From the NCBI GenBank assembly GCA_024644435.1, contig JAHEKZ010000008.1, forward strand, positions 14,471-64,167: a DNA stretch of 49,697 bases, written 5' to 3'. Source of the stretch: Actinomycetes bacterium. GTDB lineage: Bacteria > Actinomycetota > Actinomycetes > JAHEKZ01. Every line of letters starts with the position of its first letter. Within the stretch, counting starts at the first letter, position 1. Shown in pieces: positions 38,678 through 48,011 of the stretch. A model generated the notes under the pieces. It was given only the letters and a program-made list of their open reading frames with translations, did no database searches and had not been told where the DNA came from. The translations under genes and the position numbers were made by a program.

Positions 38678-39786
38678 GCGCGACGAACCTCCTGCTCGAG
38701 GGCGGCCAGCTGCTGGCCGAGTGAGACCAGTGGCCCATCGGCGTCTGGTGGGGGACCGTACAAGATCGCATGCACCTGGTCGGGTCGACGTCCGGTCGCG
38801 GCGGCGACTGCCTCCACCACGGCGCCCTCAGGGGCGGTGGGCGGCAGACCGAGCCGCAGTCGCAGCGTATCGCTGGTCTCGTCCCGTAGGTGGGCCGCCG
38901 CTTGCCCGCGGGTGCGGTGTCGCTGGTAGATGCGGGCTCTGCCCTCGGTGGTCTCGGCCGCGCGGACCAGGACCGGCAGCGGCTCGGCGGCGAGCGGACC
39001 GAGCCGGCGGCTGCGCCAGGCCGCCAGGGCCAGGACGACGACGCCCAGCAGCGCCGCGAGCGGCCAGACACCGTCTGGGAGAAGGCTGGTGAGTGACTGT
39101 TGTCCGACATAGCGGGGCGTGGGCAGCCACCACACGAGAGCCGGGTTCTGGCCGGCGAGGTTCATGGCGAGGGCGGCGTTCCCTGCCTCATCGATCCACT
39201 CGTTCGTCATGAAGTCGGCCGAGCCCATCACGGTGTGCTGCGCTCCCCGCGAGGTCGTGCGTTGCACCACAGTGGGCAGACCACCATCACTGAAGCACTC
39301 CGCGGTCGGCTCGGTCGATCGGGCTGTCGAGCTCCCCACGTCGAAGGCCGTACCACCAGTACGCGCGTCACCTGAAGCAACCGCAGCGTCGAGTGCGCAC
39401 TGCGGGTCGCGGTCCTCGAGGGGGACCGAACGACCTGGCGAGATGCCGAGGTAGTCGGCGGTGCCAAGGGGAGGACCGAGAAGGATCACGTCAGCGTCGA
39501 GCTGCTCGACTCGTCGCACGTCACCTGGTGGCAGGAGCGCGGGATAGGCGATCACGAGGGTGGTCGAGGCGCCGGTTCCCAGTGCCTGGTCGGCATCGGT
39601 GGTGCGCTCGACGGAGACGCCCTGGGCTCTGAGCAGCTCGGCGAGCGCGCGCGTTCCACCCGGCGTCGCTGCGTCGGGGTCGAGGGACGTGCGTCCGGTG
39701 GTGGGTGTGAGAAGCGCTGTGGCCAGAGCGAGCGCGACGACCGCCACCGCTGCCAGTGCGGACCAGCGCCAGGTTCGCCGCATCAC
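38674..39786 (-). CDS. DUF4350 domain membrane-anchored protein
   Basis: N-terminal TM, GTRALAELL, GNAALAMNL, C-terminal TM and RRLGP...EPLPV-x-VRAAET; operon position. Confidence 0.82.
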   Translation of the reverse strand: MMRRTWRWSALAAVAVVALALATALLTPTTGRTSLDPDAATPGGTRALAELLRAQGVSVERTTDADQALGTGASTTLVIAYPALLPPGDVRRVEQLDADVILLGPPLGTADYLGISPGRSVPLEDRDPQCALDAAVASGDARTGGTAFDVGSSTARSTEPTAECFSDGGLPTVVQRTTSRGAQHTVMGSADFMTNEWIDEAGNAALAMNLAGQNPALVWWLPTPRYVGQQSLTSLLPDGVWPLAALLGVVVLALAAWRSRRLGPLAAEPLPVLVRAAETTEGRARIYQRHRTRGQAAAHLRDETSDTLRLRLGLPPTAPEGAVVEAVAAATGRRPDQVHAILYGPPPDADGPLVSLGQQLAALEQEVRRA

Positions 39787-40415
39787 GCCACCACCTGGCG
39801 GGTTCGGGTCAGGCGACGGTCGAGCTCACGCATCAGCCGGTACTCCTCCGCAGATCCGGAGCGGTTGCCGTAGGCCACTCCGTCGAAGGAGCGCGCTGCC
39901 GCCGAGAGGCTGGCCTGACACTCCGCGAAGACGAGGCCGGCGTCGCGGGCTGCCTCGTCGGCGGTCCGCCCCGGACGCCGGTCGAGGGCGCCCCGCTCCT
40001 CGAGCTGTCGCACGATCGCTCGGAAGCCTTCGCGCACCGCCTCGCCCCAGTCCGCCCGAGCCGAGGCGGCCTCGGCTCGGGCGCGGTGCTCGTCGGCGCT
40101 CAGCTCTTGGTCCGTAAACACCTCACCGTTGGCCGCCCCCGACCGCTGTAGACCGCCCGTGCGCCGCACGATGACGAACACAACCAGAGCCACGAGCGCG
40201 CCCAGAACGACGAGCCAGAGCCAGCTGTCTGCTGCACCGCCGAGTCGGTCGAGCAGGTCGGCGAGCCGGTCGAAGACCCACGAGGTCGCCCGTTGCCACC
40301 ATGGCGGCTTGGCGGCGGCATAGAGCGGGTCGAGCAGCTCGCGCTGAGCGAGCTCGCGCGCCTCGTCGCGTCCTATGTCGACGGGTATGTCGAAAGGCAG
40401 GGACGCACCCGTCAC
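39783..40415 (-). CDS. DUF4129 domain protein
   Basis: RDEARELA-x-REL, a TM helix, FRAIVRQLEER, PGRTADE and FDGVAYG; GTGA overlaps at both ends. Confidence 0.85.
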   Translation of the reverse strand: MTGASLPFDIPVDIGRDEARELAQRELLDPLYAAAKPPWWQRATSWVFDRLADLLDRLGGAADSWLWLVVLGALVALVVFVIVRRTGGLQRSGAANGEVFTDQELSADEHRARAEAASARADWGEAVREGFRAIVRQLEERGALDRRPGRTADEAARDAGLVFAECQASLSAAARSFDGVAYGNRSGSAEEYRLMRELDRRLTRTRQVVA

Positions 40416-41443
40416 GGCTGCTGCGACTGTCGGGCCAGCGTGATGTCGAGCCCTTCGGTGCGCATCCGGCGGTCGATGTAGATCAGCGACAGGACCGCCG
40501 CGATGAACGGCAGGGTGATCGTGCTCACGATGACGCTTCCGACGGTGGCGATCGCATTGTTGATCACAAAGCGGGTCTCGTCGACGGTCAACGTCGCGGA
40601 GTCGACAGATGGTGCGACGAACTCGGGGATCGCGAAGGGAACGCTGATGGCGAGGTTGATGACGAAGTAGATGATGCCCATCAGGATGAGAGCGCCGAAG
40701 GTGCGCCAGAACGCGCCGCTGACCAGCCGCCACGAGCGACCGATCGCGCCACCGACGGTCGACTTCTCGAGCACCAGTGCGGCGGATGCGATGGACAGGT
40801 AGACCGCCAGGATGATGCCCGGGATCAGGCAGAAGACCAGTCCGATGGTGACGATCAGCACGACGAGGAGGCCAAGGCCCAGCAGGTGCCAGACCCGAGG
40901 CCTGACCATGGTCCAGGCCTCACCGAGAGTGATGTCGCGCCCCAGCACCGCTTGTCCCATCACGACGGTGATGACCCCAGTGAGCAGCACCGTGGCGACC
41001 AGCTGAACCAGACCGCCCACGAACCCCACGAACAACGTGGGGCCGACAACGCTCACGATGTCGCTACCGCTGGCCGTCGTGGGGTCGAGGTCGTTCACCC
41101 CTCGGTACATCGTGATGCTCACTAGTGCGGTGAGGTAGTTCAGCGCGCCGAGGCCGAGAGCCACGACGAACGAGGGAACGATCGTCGCCCTGGGGTAGCG
41201 CCGGATGGCCGTGATCGCACCATCGAGCAGCTCGGGGATGCCCAGTGGCCGCAGGGGAACCACCCCAGGTTTGGGCGCCGCTGGCGGCGGCCCCCAACCA
41301 CCCATCGGCTGTGCTGGCCCCCAGGCGGGTGACTCGGGCGTCGGTTGCCAGCCGCCGGACCCCGGTTCTTCCGGGGGCTCGGGACGCGGCGGCGGTGGCG
41401 GAGGGGGCGGCGGCGGAGGGGGAATGCCCGGGTCGTCGGTCAT
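40412..41443 (-). CDS. Proline-rich integral membrane protein (GDPD-membrane-domain-like), first gene of the MoxR operon
   Basis: Poly-Pro N-terminus; KPGVVPLRPL...LDGAI, RSWRLV and YIDRRMRTEGLD; GAGGGG SD. Confidence 0.8.
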   Translation of the reverse strand: MTDDPGIPPPPPPPPPPPPRPEPPEEPGSGGWQPTPESPAWGPAQPMGGWGPPPAAPKPGVVPLRPLGIPELLDGAITAIRRYPRATIVPSFVVALGLGALNYLTALVSITMYRGVNDLDPTTASGSDIVSVVGPTLFVGFVGGLVQLVATVLLTGVITVVMGQAVLGRDITLGEAWTMVRPRVWHLLGLGLLVVLIVTIGLVFCLIPGIILAVYLSIASAALVLEKSTVGGAIGRSWRLVSGAFWRTFGALILMGIIYFVINLAISVPFAIPEFVAPSVDSATLTVDETRFVINNAIATVGSVIVSTITLPFIAAVLSLIYIDRRMRTEGLDITLARQSQQP

Positions 41444-41573
41444 GCATCCCCTCGGATCTGCGTCGTTCTGATCTGCTGAAGCGCTACCCCGAAGGGTCTC
41501 TGGCGCAGCCTCATCGTGCCATGAGAGGGCGGTGATGGTGCGCGTTCGCCACGGCAGGTGGGACCATGTGCGC

Positions 41574-42251
41574 ATGAAGGGACGAATTCTGGTCGTCGAT
41601 GACGACTCGGCGCTGTCAGAGATGCTCGGAATCGTGCTGCGCGGAGAGGGTTTTGAGCCCTACCTCTGCGGCGAGGGCGACCAGGCCGTCGCTGCATTCC
41701 ATGACTTCAATCCAGACCTGGTGCTGCTCGACCTGATGCTTCCCGGCAAGGACGGCATCGAGATCTGCCGTGAGATCAGAGCCGAGTCCGGCGTCCCGAT
41801 CGTCATGCTGACCGCCAAGGGCGACACGATCGACGTGGTGCTGGGGCTCGAGAGTGGAGCCGACGACTATGTCGTCAAGCCGTTCAAGCCCAAGGAGCTG
41901 GTGGCGCGGGTTCGGGCGCGCATGAGGCGGACCGACGAGGGGCGTCCGGAGTCCCTCGAGATCGCTGACCTGGCGATCGACGTGCCTGGTCACACCGTCA
42001 AGCGAGGCGAAGAGCTCATCGCCCTCACGCCGCTCGAGTTCGACCTCCTGGTCGCCCTCGCGCGCAAGCCATGGCAGGTATTCACTCGCGAGACCCTGCT
42101 CGAGCAGGTGTGGGGCTATCGACACGCCGCCGACACCCGACTGGTCAACGTTCACGTCCAGCGGCTCCGGTCGAAGATCGAGATCGATCCCGAGAACCCG
42201 CAGATCGTCGTGACCGTGCGCGGTGTGGGCTACAAGGCCGGCCCCGCCTGA
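41574..42251 (+). CDS. mtrA: MtrAB system response regulator MtrA
   Basis: MKGRILVVDDDSALSEMLGIVLRGEGF...EQVWGYRHAADTRLVNVHVQRLRSK; followed by mtrB-lpqB. Confidence 0.96.
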   Translation: MKGRILVVDDDSALSEMLGIVLRGEGFEPYLCGEGDQAVAAFHDFNPDLVLLDLMLPGKDGIEICREIRAESGVPIVMLTAKGDTIDVVLGLESGADDYVVKPFKPKELVARVRARMRRTDEGRPESLEIADLAIDVPGHTVKRGEELIALTPLEFDLLVALARKPWQVFTRETLLEQVWGYRHAADTRLVNVHVQRLRSKIEIDPENPQIVVTVRGVGYKAGPA

Positions 42252-42269
42252 TGGCACCGGTCTGACACG

Positions 42270-43916
42270 GTGGTCCGCATCCCTTTACCTGGGCCCGCAC
42301 GCCGGGTTCGTGCCCGCTGGCGTTCGTCGCTCTACCTTCGCGTGGTCGCGACCACGCTGGCGCTGTCGATGCTCGTGGTTGTCGTGCTCGGACAGATCTT
42401 GATCGGGCGCATCACGTCGGGGCTGCTGGATGCCAAGCAGCGTTCGTCGCTGGTCGAGGCGCAGGCCGGACTCAACCAGGCCCAGGCGCTGATCACGGCA
42501 TCAGGTGAGGACAACTCCGAGAAGAACCAGAGCCTGGTGCAGCAGGTGGCCGTCGAGCTTGCACGCGGCGGACAGGGGACCCCTCGGCTCTACGACGTGC
42601 TCCTCCTGAGCTCGTCCACGTCGCTTCTTCAACGCGGATCGAGCACGGTGACGGAGGAGAGCGTCCCCGAAGACCTCCGGAACGCCGTGCAGAACGAGGG
42701 CATCCAGGCCTCGACCTTCACCGAGATCAGCTACAGCGATGGCCGGCCGCCGGTCCCCGGATTCGCCGTCGGAGCACCTTTGACGGTGCCGGGGATCGGT
42801 ACGGCCGAGCTGTATTACCTCTTTCCGCTCAGCCAAGAGCAGCAGACCCTCGACCTCGTCCGTCGCACGCTCCTTTTTGCCGGCCTGGTGCTTGTGCTGC
42901 TGCTGGGCTGGATCTCGTGGTTCGTGACCCGGCAAGTCGTCGACCCGGTGCGGTATGCAGCCGCGATCGCGGAGGAGTTCTCGGCAGGCAACCTGTCCGA
43001 GCGCATGAAGGTGCGCGGCGAGGACGACCTGGCTCGACTGGCCCGCTCGTTCAACGACATGGCCGCCAGCCTCGAGCTGAAGATCGGTCAGCTGGAGGAC
43101 CTGTCACGGGTGCAACGCCGGTTCGTCTCCGACGTGTCGCATGAGCTGAGGACGCCGCTCACAACGGTTCGGATGGCAGCCGACGTGCTGCACGAGTCAC
43201 GTGACCAGTTCGACGCGGCAACGGCTCGCTCGGCCGAGCTGCTGCAGAACCAGCTGGACAGGTTCGAGGCACTGCTGGCCGACCTGCTCGAGATCTCGCG
43301 TTTCGATGCCGGTGCCGCCACGCTGGATGCGGTGCAAGGGGATCTGGGTGAGGCGGTCTCGTCGGTGGTCGAGGCGCTGCGGCCCCTCGCCGAGCCGAGC
43401 GGCACGCAGGTGACGGTCCACCCCGCGGACGATCCCGCGACAGCGGAGTACGACCCGCGTCGGGTCGACCGCATCCTGCGCAACCTGTTGGCGAACGCCA
43501 TCGAGCACAGTGACGGAAACCCGATCGACATCGTCGTCGGGCTCTCCGACGAGGCGGTGGCGATCGTGGTGCGTGACCACGGCACCGGGCTGCGGCCGGG
43601 TGAGTCGTCGCTGGTGTTCAACCGCTTCTGGCGAGCCGATCCGTCGCGAGTGCGCTCGATCGGGGGAACGGGTCTGGGTCTGCCGATCGCCCTCGAGGAC
43701 GCCCGTCTGCACGGTGGATGGCTGCAGGCCTGGGGAGCCCCCGGTGACGGCGCGTGTTTCCGCCTGACGCTGCCACGTGCGCTCGGCACCGATATCACGA
43801 CGTCGCCGCTGCCGTTGGAGCCCCCCGATGCCAGCACCGGACGGCTCATGCCTCTCTCGGTCGGCGCGGTGGCCGCGTCACGAGGGTCGAGCAGTGAAGG
43901 AGCCGACGGTGAGTAG
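42270..43916 (+). CDS. mtrB: Sensor histidine kinase MtrB
   Basis: Two TM helices, HAMP domain, SDVSHELRTPLTTVRMA, FWRADPSR and GGTGLGL...EDARLHGG. Confidence 0.95.
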   Translation: MVRIPLPGPARRVRARWRSSLYLRVVATTLALSMLVVVVLGQILIGRITSGLLDAKQRSSLVEAQAGLNQAQALITASGEDNSEKNQSLVQQVAVELARGGQGTPRLYDVLLLSSSTSLLQRGSSTVTEESVPEDLRNAVQNEGIQASTFTEISYSDGRPPVPGFAVGAPLTVPGIGTAELYYLFPLSQEQQTLDLVRRTLLFAGLVLVLLLGWISWFVTRQVVDPVRYAAAIAEEFSAGNLSERMKVRGEDDLARLARSFNDMAASLELKIGQLEDLSRVQRRFVSDVSHELRTPLTTVRMAADVLHESRDQFDAATARSAELLQNQLDRFEALLADLLEISRFDAGAATLDAVQGDLGEAVSSVVEALRPLAEPSGTQVTVHPADDPATAEYDPRRVDRILRNLLANAIEHSDGNPIDIVVGLSDEAVAIVVRDHGTGLRPGESSLVFNRFWRADPSRVRSIGGTGLGLPIALEDARLHGGWLQAWGAPGDGACFRLTLPRALGTDITTSPLPLEPPDASTGRLMPLSVGAVAASRGSSSEGADGE

Positions 43917-45624
43917 GCGGCTGCTGGTGGCACTCGTGATCGGTTCCCTGGCCCTTGCGGCCTGCTCGGAGATCCCCACCAGCGGTCCGGTCGTCCGGGG
44001 CGATGAGGTGCGTGCGGCCCTCGACGAGCCAGCGGTTCGTGTGCTTCCGCGTGACCCGGTGGTGGGCCAGTCACCGGAGGAGGTCGTCGCCGGGTTCCTC
44101 GACGCGTCGGCCAGTTTCGAGAACGACCACGAGGTCGCCCGTCGTTTCCTTTCGCCGGGCGCAGCCGAGGGGTGGAACGCCGAGGCAGGGGTGACCGTCA
44201 TCGACGACAACCCCGCCTATCGGCTGCGGCGGGTGCGAGGGGGTGTGCAGCTGATCGCCCAGCAGGTGGCGCGAATCGGAGCCGATGGTGCGTACCTTCC
44301 GCGCGGCGAGCTGGCTATCGAGCGGACGTTCGAGCTGGACCGCGTCGGCGACTCATGGCGGATTACCGATCTGCCGCAAGGATTGATCCTTGACCGGATC
44401 GAGACGTCGTTGGCATTCCGGGCCTTCGAGATCTTCTTCATGAATCCCCAGCAGACCCTTCTGGTTCCCGACCCGGTCTACCTCCCGCTCGACCAGACCG
44501 GAAGCGCGACCAGCATCGTGAAGTCGTTGCTGGACGGGCCAACGCGCTGGCTCAGTCCGGCGGTGGAGTCGTTGGTCCCGGCGGGCACCACGTTGGTGGT
44601 CGACTCGGTGCCGGTCGACAACGGCGTGGCCCGGGTCGACCTGTCTGCGGAGTTCCTCGACTCCGATGTCGGTGAGCGGGAGCAGGCCGCAGCTCAGATC
44701 ACGATGACGCTGCTGGGGCTGACATCGACGGTCACCGGCGTCGCCATCAGCGTCGAGGGGTCACCACTACAGCTTCCCGACGCCCCCACGGTCATGACCC
44801 GAGACACCTGGGAGACGTACGACTCCGACGCCCTCGCACCGGCACTGGGTGGGCTCTTCGTCCGCGGAGGGGTGGTGCGACGCCTGACCGATGACGGCAG
44901 TGTCCCGGTTCAGGGGCTGTTGGGCACCGGGCAGCTCTCGGTCGACGAGCCGTCGCAGTCGTGGGACGGCGGCACCGTGACCGCACTCGATGACAACAAG
45001 CGGACCCTCCTGGTCACGCGCCCCTTCGTCTCGGCCCGACTGCGAACACGGGTGACGGGCGACCGGCTGCTACCGGCGTCAATTGACGCGCAGGACCGGA
45101 TCTGGGCAGTGGACGTCGGGCGCCCTACGCCGCGCATCCGGGTGCTCGACAACGAGGGTGCATGGAAGCCGGTATCAGTGCGAGGGCTTCGAGGCCGTCT
45201 GGCGACCTTCCGGGTCTCCGTCGACGGCACCCGCGTTGCGGTCGTGACCGAGCCACCACGAGGGTCCCGACGGGGAGGGGAGCTGCTCTTCGGTCGAGTG
45301 GTCAACCGCGCTGACGGGCTTCAGGTCGAGGCCTTCCGTCGGGTGGAACGAACCCTGGTCGAGGTGCGCGACGCATCGTGGGTCGATGCCAGCTCACTCG
45401 TCGTCATCGGCGGGACGGTGGGGTCGGTGCTAGAGCCCACCCTGGTCAATGTCAACCGGAGCGTGACATCGCTGTCCGGGGCACCGGCGGTCGGCATCAG
45501 AAGCGTGACTGCCGCGCCCGGTCTGCCCCTGCTCGCAGACACTCCGAGCGACGGGGTGTGGGCCGAGTCCGGAACGGCGTGGGTCTTCCTGGTCGCTGGT
45601 CGTGACCCGGCGTACCCAGGCTGA
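43909..45624 (+). CDS. lpqB: Lipoprotein LpqB (GerMN + beta-propeller)
   Basis: Lipobox LAAC, IPTSGPV, LVPDP and C-terminal PAYPG; AAGGAG SD; follows mtrB. Confidence 0.92.
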   Translation: MSRRLLVALVIGSLALAACSEIPTSGPVVRGDEVRAALDEPAVRVLPRDPVVGQSPEEVVAGFLDASASFENDHEVARRFLSPGAAEGWNAEAGVTVIDDNPAYRLRRVRGGVQLIAQQVARIGADGAYLPRGELAIERTFELDRVGDSWRITDLPQGLILDRIETSLAFRAFEIFFMNPQQTLLVPDPVYLPLDQTGSATSIVKSLLDGPTRWLSPAVESLVPAGTTLVVDSVPVDNGVARVDLSAEFLDSDVGEREQAAAQITMTLLGLTSTVTGVAISVEGSPLQLPDAPTVMTRDTWETYDSDALAPALGGLFVRGGVVRRLTDDGSVPVQGLLGTGQLSVDEPSQSWDGGTVTALDDNKRTLLVTRPFVSARLRTRVTGDRLLPASIDAQDRIWAVDVGRPTPRIRVLDNEGAWKPVSVRGLRGRLATFRVSVDGTRVAVVTEPPRGSRRGGELLFGRVVNRADGLQVEAFRRVERTLVEVRDASWVDASSLVVIGGTVGSVLEPTLVNVNRSVTSLSGAPAVGIRSVTAAPGLPLLADTPSDGVWAESGTAWVFLVAGRDPAYPG

Positions 45625-45678
45625 GTCGGTCGACCCTTTTCCACAGCTGGCTGCTCCCTGCCCGTCGCGGGGAGCGGT

Positions 45679-46365
45679 ATGAAACATCGTGGGGTGGTGC
45701 AGCTCGCGAACTCGCTCTGGGATCTGGCGGTCGGTCGACGGTGCCTCACGTGCGACCGGGTGGGACCGCCGTGGTGCGATCGCTGTCTTCGGTCGGTGGT
45801 CGACATCCACACACGCCAGACTCCCGGTGGAGCCCGTGTCGTGGCGGCAGCGCGCTACTCCGGGTCGGTGCGGACAGCGGTCGTCGCGTACAAGGAGCAC
45901 GGTCATCTGGCGCTGGCGGTCCCTCTGGGGCGGCTGCTCGCCGGAGCGTTGGCCCCGGGGAGACCGTCCGCCTTCGGTGCACGCACGGCGATCGTGCCCA
46001 TTCCCTCCACGCGAGCAGCGACGAGGATGCGTGGCAACGACCACGCTTGCCGGCTCGCTCGCCAGGCCGGGGCCTTGTCAGGAGTGTCGGCAGTGAAGGC
46101 TCTTCGATGGGCCAGCCCGATCAGTGACCAGGCAGGGCTCTCGGCCTCGGAGCGGAGGCTCAACGTCGCCGGTGCCATGGTGGCGAAGCCGCCGAGGGCG
46201 ACGAGCTCGGTCGCGCTGGTCGTCGACGACATCATGACCACCGGTGCCACTCTCGACGAGGGCACTCGTGCCCTCACCTCGGCCGGGTGGGTGGTCGCGA
46301 GCGTCAGTGTCGTGGCCGGCGTCGATGACCGAAGGGCCCTCGCCCCACGCGACCCCCTCCGATAG
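45679..46365 (+). CDS. comF: ComF family protein (phosphoribosyltransferase fold with Zn finger)
   Basis: CLTC...CDRC, YKEHG, QAGLS-x-ERRLN and LVVDDIMTTGATL. Start could instead be GTG 45694. Confidence 0.88.
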   Translation: MKHRGVVQLANSLWDLAVGRRCLTCDRVGPPWCDRCLRSVVDIHTRQTPGGARVVAAARYSGSVRTAVVAYKEHGHLALAVPLGRLLAGALAPGRPSAFGARTAIVPIPSTRAATRMRGNDHACRLARQAGALSGVSAVKALRWASPISDQAGLSASERRLNVAGAMVAKPPRATSSVALVVDDIMTTGATLDEGTRALTSAGWVVASVSVVAGVDDRRALAPRDPLR

Positions 46366-46454
46366 CGTGAGGGGAAGAACCGAGGTGCTCTGCACCGACG
46401 TCACTCTGGTCTAGGGATGGGTTCAGAGAGCCCACCCACGTGAAGGGGCGGAAC

Positions 46455-47084
46455 ATGGAGATCGTCGTTCGGGGACGCCACATCGAGGTCTCGGACCGAT
46501 TCCGCGAGCACGTTGCGCAGAAGCTGTCGAAGATCGAGCGGTATGACGGCAAGTGTCACCGTGTCGATGTTGAGGTGTCGCAGGAGTCGAACCCACGGTT
46601 GGCCGACCAGGCCCTACGGGTCGAGATCACCTGTCACGGCAAGGGACCGGTGATCAGGGCCGAGGCGGCTGCCGATGAGAAGTATGCGGCGCTCGACATT
46701 GCCTACGGGCGACTGGTCGAACGTCTGCGCCGCGCTGCTGACCGGCGACACGACCATCACCGGAGCCAGGGCCGCGCGTTCGCTGAGCGGATGCATGCGG
46801 AGGCGGTCACCGAGGTGCCGGCGCCGGCCGATGGCAGTGACGGTGACCACGACGCTGTTCTTGGGCCCCTCGTCGTCCGCGAGAAGACCCACCGCGCACC
46901 CGAGATGACCCTCGACCAAGCGCTCTACGAGATGGAACTGGTCGGGCACGACTTCTTCCTCTTCCAGGACGCGGGGTCCGGAACCCCGAGCGTCGTGTAC
47001 CGGCGCAAGGGGTACGACTACGGCGTCCTTCACCTCGAGATCGATGACGCGGCGGTCATCGGCGCGGGGGCGACTGCCTCGTAG
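46455..47084 (+). CDS. hpf: Ribosome hibernation-promoting factor (long HPF/RaiA)
   Basis: MEIVVRGRH...GPVIRAEA...VVREKTH...MTLDQALYEMELVGHDFFLF...VVYRRKGYDYG. Confidence 0.95.
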   Translation: MEIVVRGRHIEVSDRFREHVAQKLSKIERYDGKCHRVDVEVSQESNPRLADQALRVEITCHGKGPVIRAEAAADEKYAALDIAYGRLVERLRRAADRRHDHHRSQGRAFAERMHAEAVTEVPAPADGSDGDHDAVLGPLVVREKTHRAPEMTLDQALYEMELVGHDFFLFQDAGSGTPSVVYRRKGYDYGVLHLEIDDAAVIGAGATAS

Positions 47085-47233
47085 TTCTGACTCCCAGGGC
47101 GGCATTAGGCCCGCCTCGAGTGCGACGGGCGGCGGATGCGCTAGCCCAGGCCGGTACATGTCCTGGTTCCAATGGGTGGTGGACTAGGCCGAATGGGTGA
47201 CCCGAACGGGGCATTCCGTGCCATCATGGCCGG

Positions 47234-47944
47234 GTGACCGCGGACATCACGGGGGAGACCCCGCGCCCTGCTCGAGGCAGCGACCCCATTCGGGTCCTTG
47301 TCGTCGATGACCATGCGCTCTTTCGCCGAGGGCTTGAGATGGTTCTCGCGCAGGAGTCAGACATCGAGGTGATCGGGGAGGCAGGCGACGCCGTCGCCGC
47401 CGTCGACCGCGCGTCCGAGCTGCTGCCTGACGTCGTCCTGCTCGATGTCCGCATGCCCAAGGGTTCAGGCATCGAGGCGTGTGTGGCGATCAAGGAGGTC
47501 GTCCCCAGCGCCCGCATCATCATGCTGACCATCAGCGACGAAGAGGCCGACCTCTACGAGGCGATCAAGGCTGGGGCCACTGGCTACCTGCTGAAGGAGA
47601 TCTCGATCGACGAGGTCGCCAGTGCGGTTCGCGCGGTGTACGACGGGCAGTCGCTGATCAGCCCTGCCATGGCCAGCAAGCTGCTCACGGAGTTCGCGTT
47701 GATGGCCAAGCGGTCGAACGAACGCAGCCAGCAGGTGCCGACGCCTCGGCTGACCGAGCGTGAGCTCGAGGTCCTCAAACTGGTCGCGCGCGGGCTCAAC
47801 AACCGCGACATCGCCAAAGAGCTCTTTATCTCCGAGAACACCGTCAAGAACCACATCCGCAACATCCTGGAGAAGCTCCAGCTGCACTCGCGCATGGAAG
47901 CCGTTGTCTATGCGGTGCGCGAGAAGCTGCTCGAGATCACCTGA
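47234..47944 (+). CDS. NarL/LuxR-family orphan response regulator (syntenic with Streptomyces OrrA-type gene)
   Basis: VLVVDDHALFRRG, LLDVRMP, GYLLK and LTERELEVL...ISENTVKNHIRNILEKL; no cognate kinase adjacent. Confidence 0.93.
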   Translation: MTADITGETPRPARGSDPIRVLVVDDHALFRRGLEMVLAQESDIEVIGEAGDAVAAVDRASELLPDVVLLDVRMPKGSGIEACVAIKEVVPSARIIMLTISDEEADLYEAIKAGATGYLLKEISIDEVASAVRAVYDGQSLISPAMASKLLTEFALMAKRSNERSQQVPTPRLTERELEVLKLVARGLNNRDIAKELFISENTVKNHIRNILEKLQLHSRMEAVVYAVREKLLEIT

Positions 47945-47982
47945 GGTCTAGATCACCTGACGAAGGCCAGGCTCGTGGGGTC

Positions 47983-48004
47983 TGTCGCCGGGCGCCACTA
48001 CGCT
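47983..48004 (+). promoter_or_regulatory. RecA-NDp / PafBC-type promoter (leaderless) of the YcaQ-like gene
   Basis: TGTCGC-CGGGCGCCAC-TACGCT, then 7 nt to ATG 48012. Confidence 0.65.
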
Positions 48005-48011
48005 CGCGGCC

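Noticed and set aside
41387-41423. Poly-proline codon run as a phase-variable or G-quadruplex element
   Set aside because: Mixed Pro codons indicate protein-level selection; Pro-rich N-termini are normal for this family.
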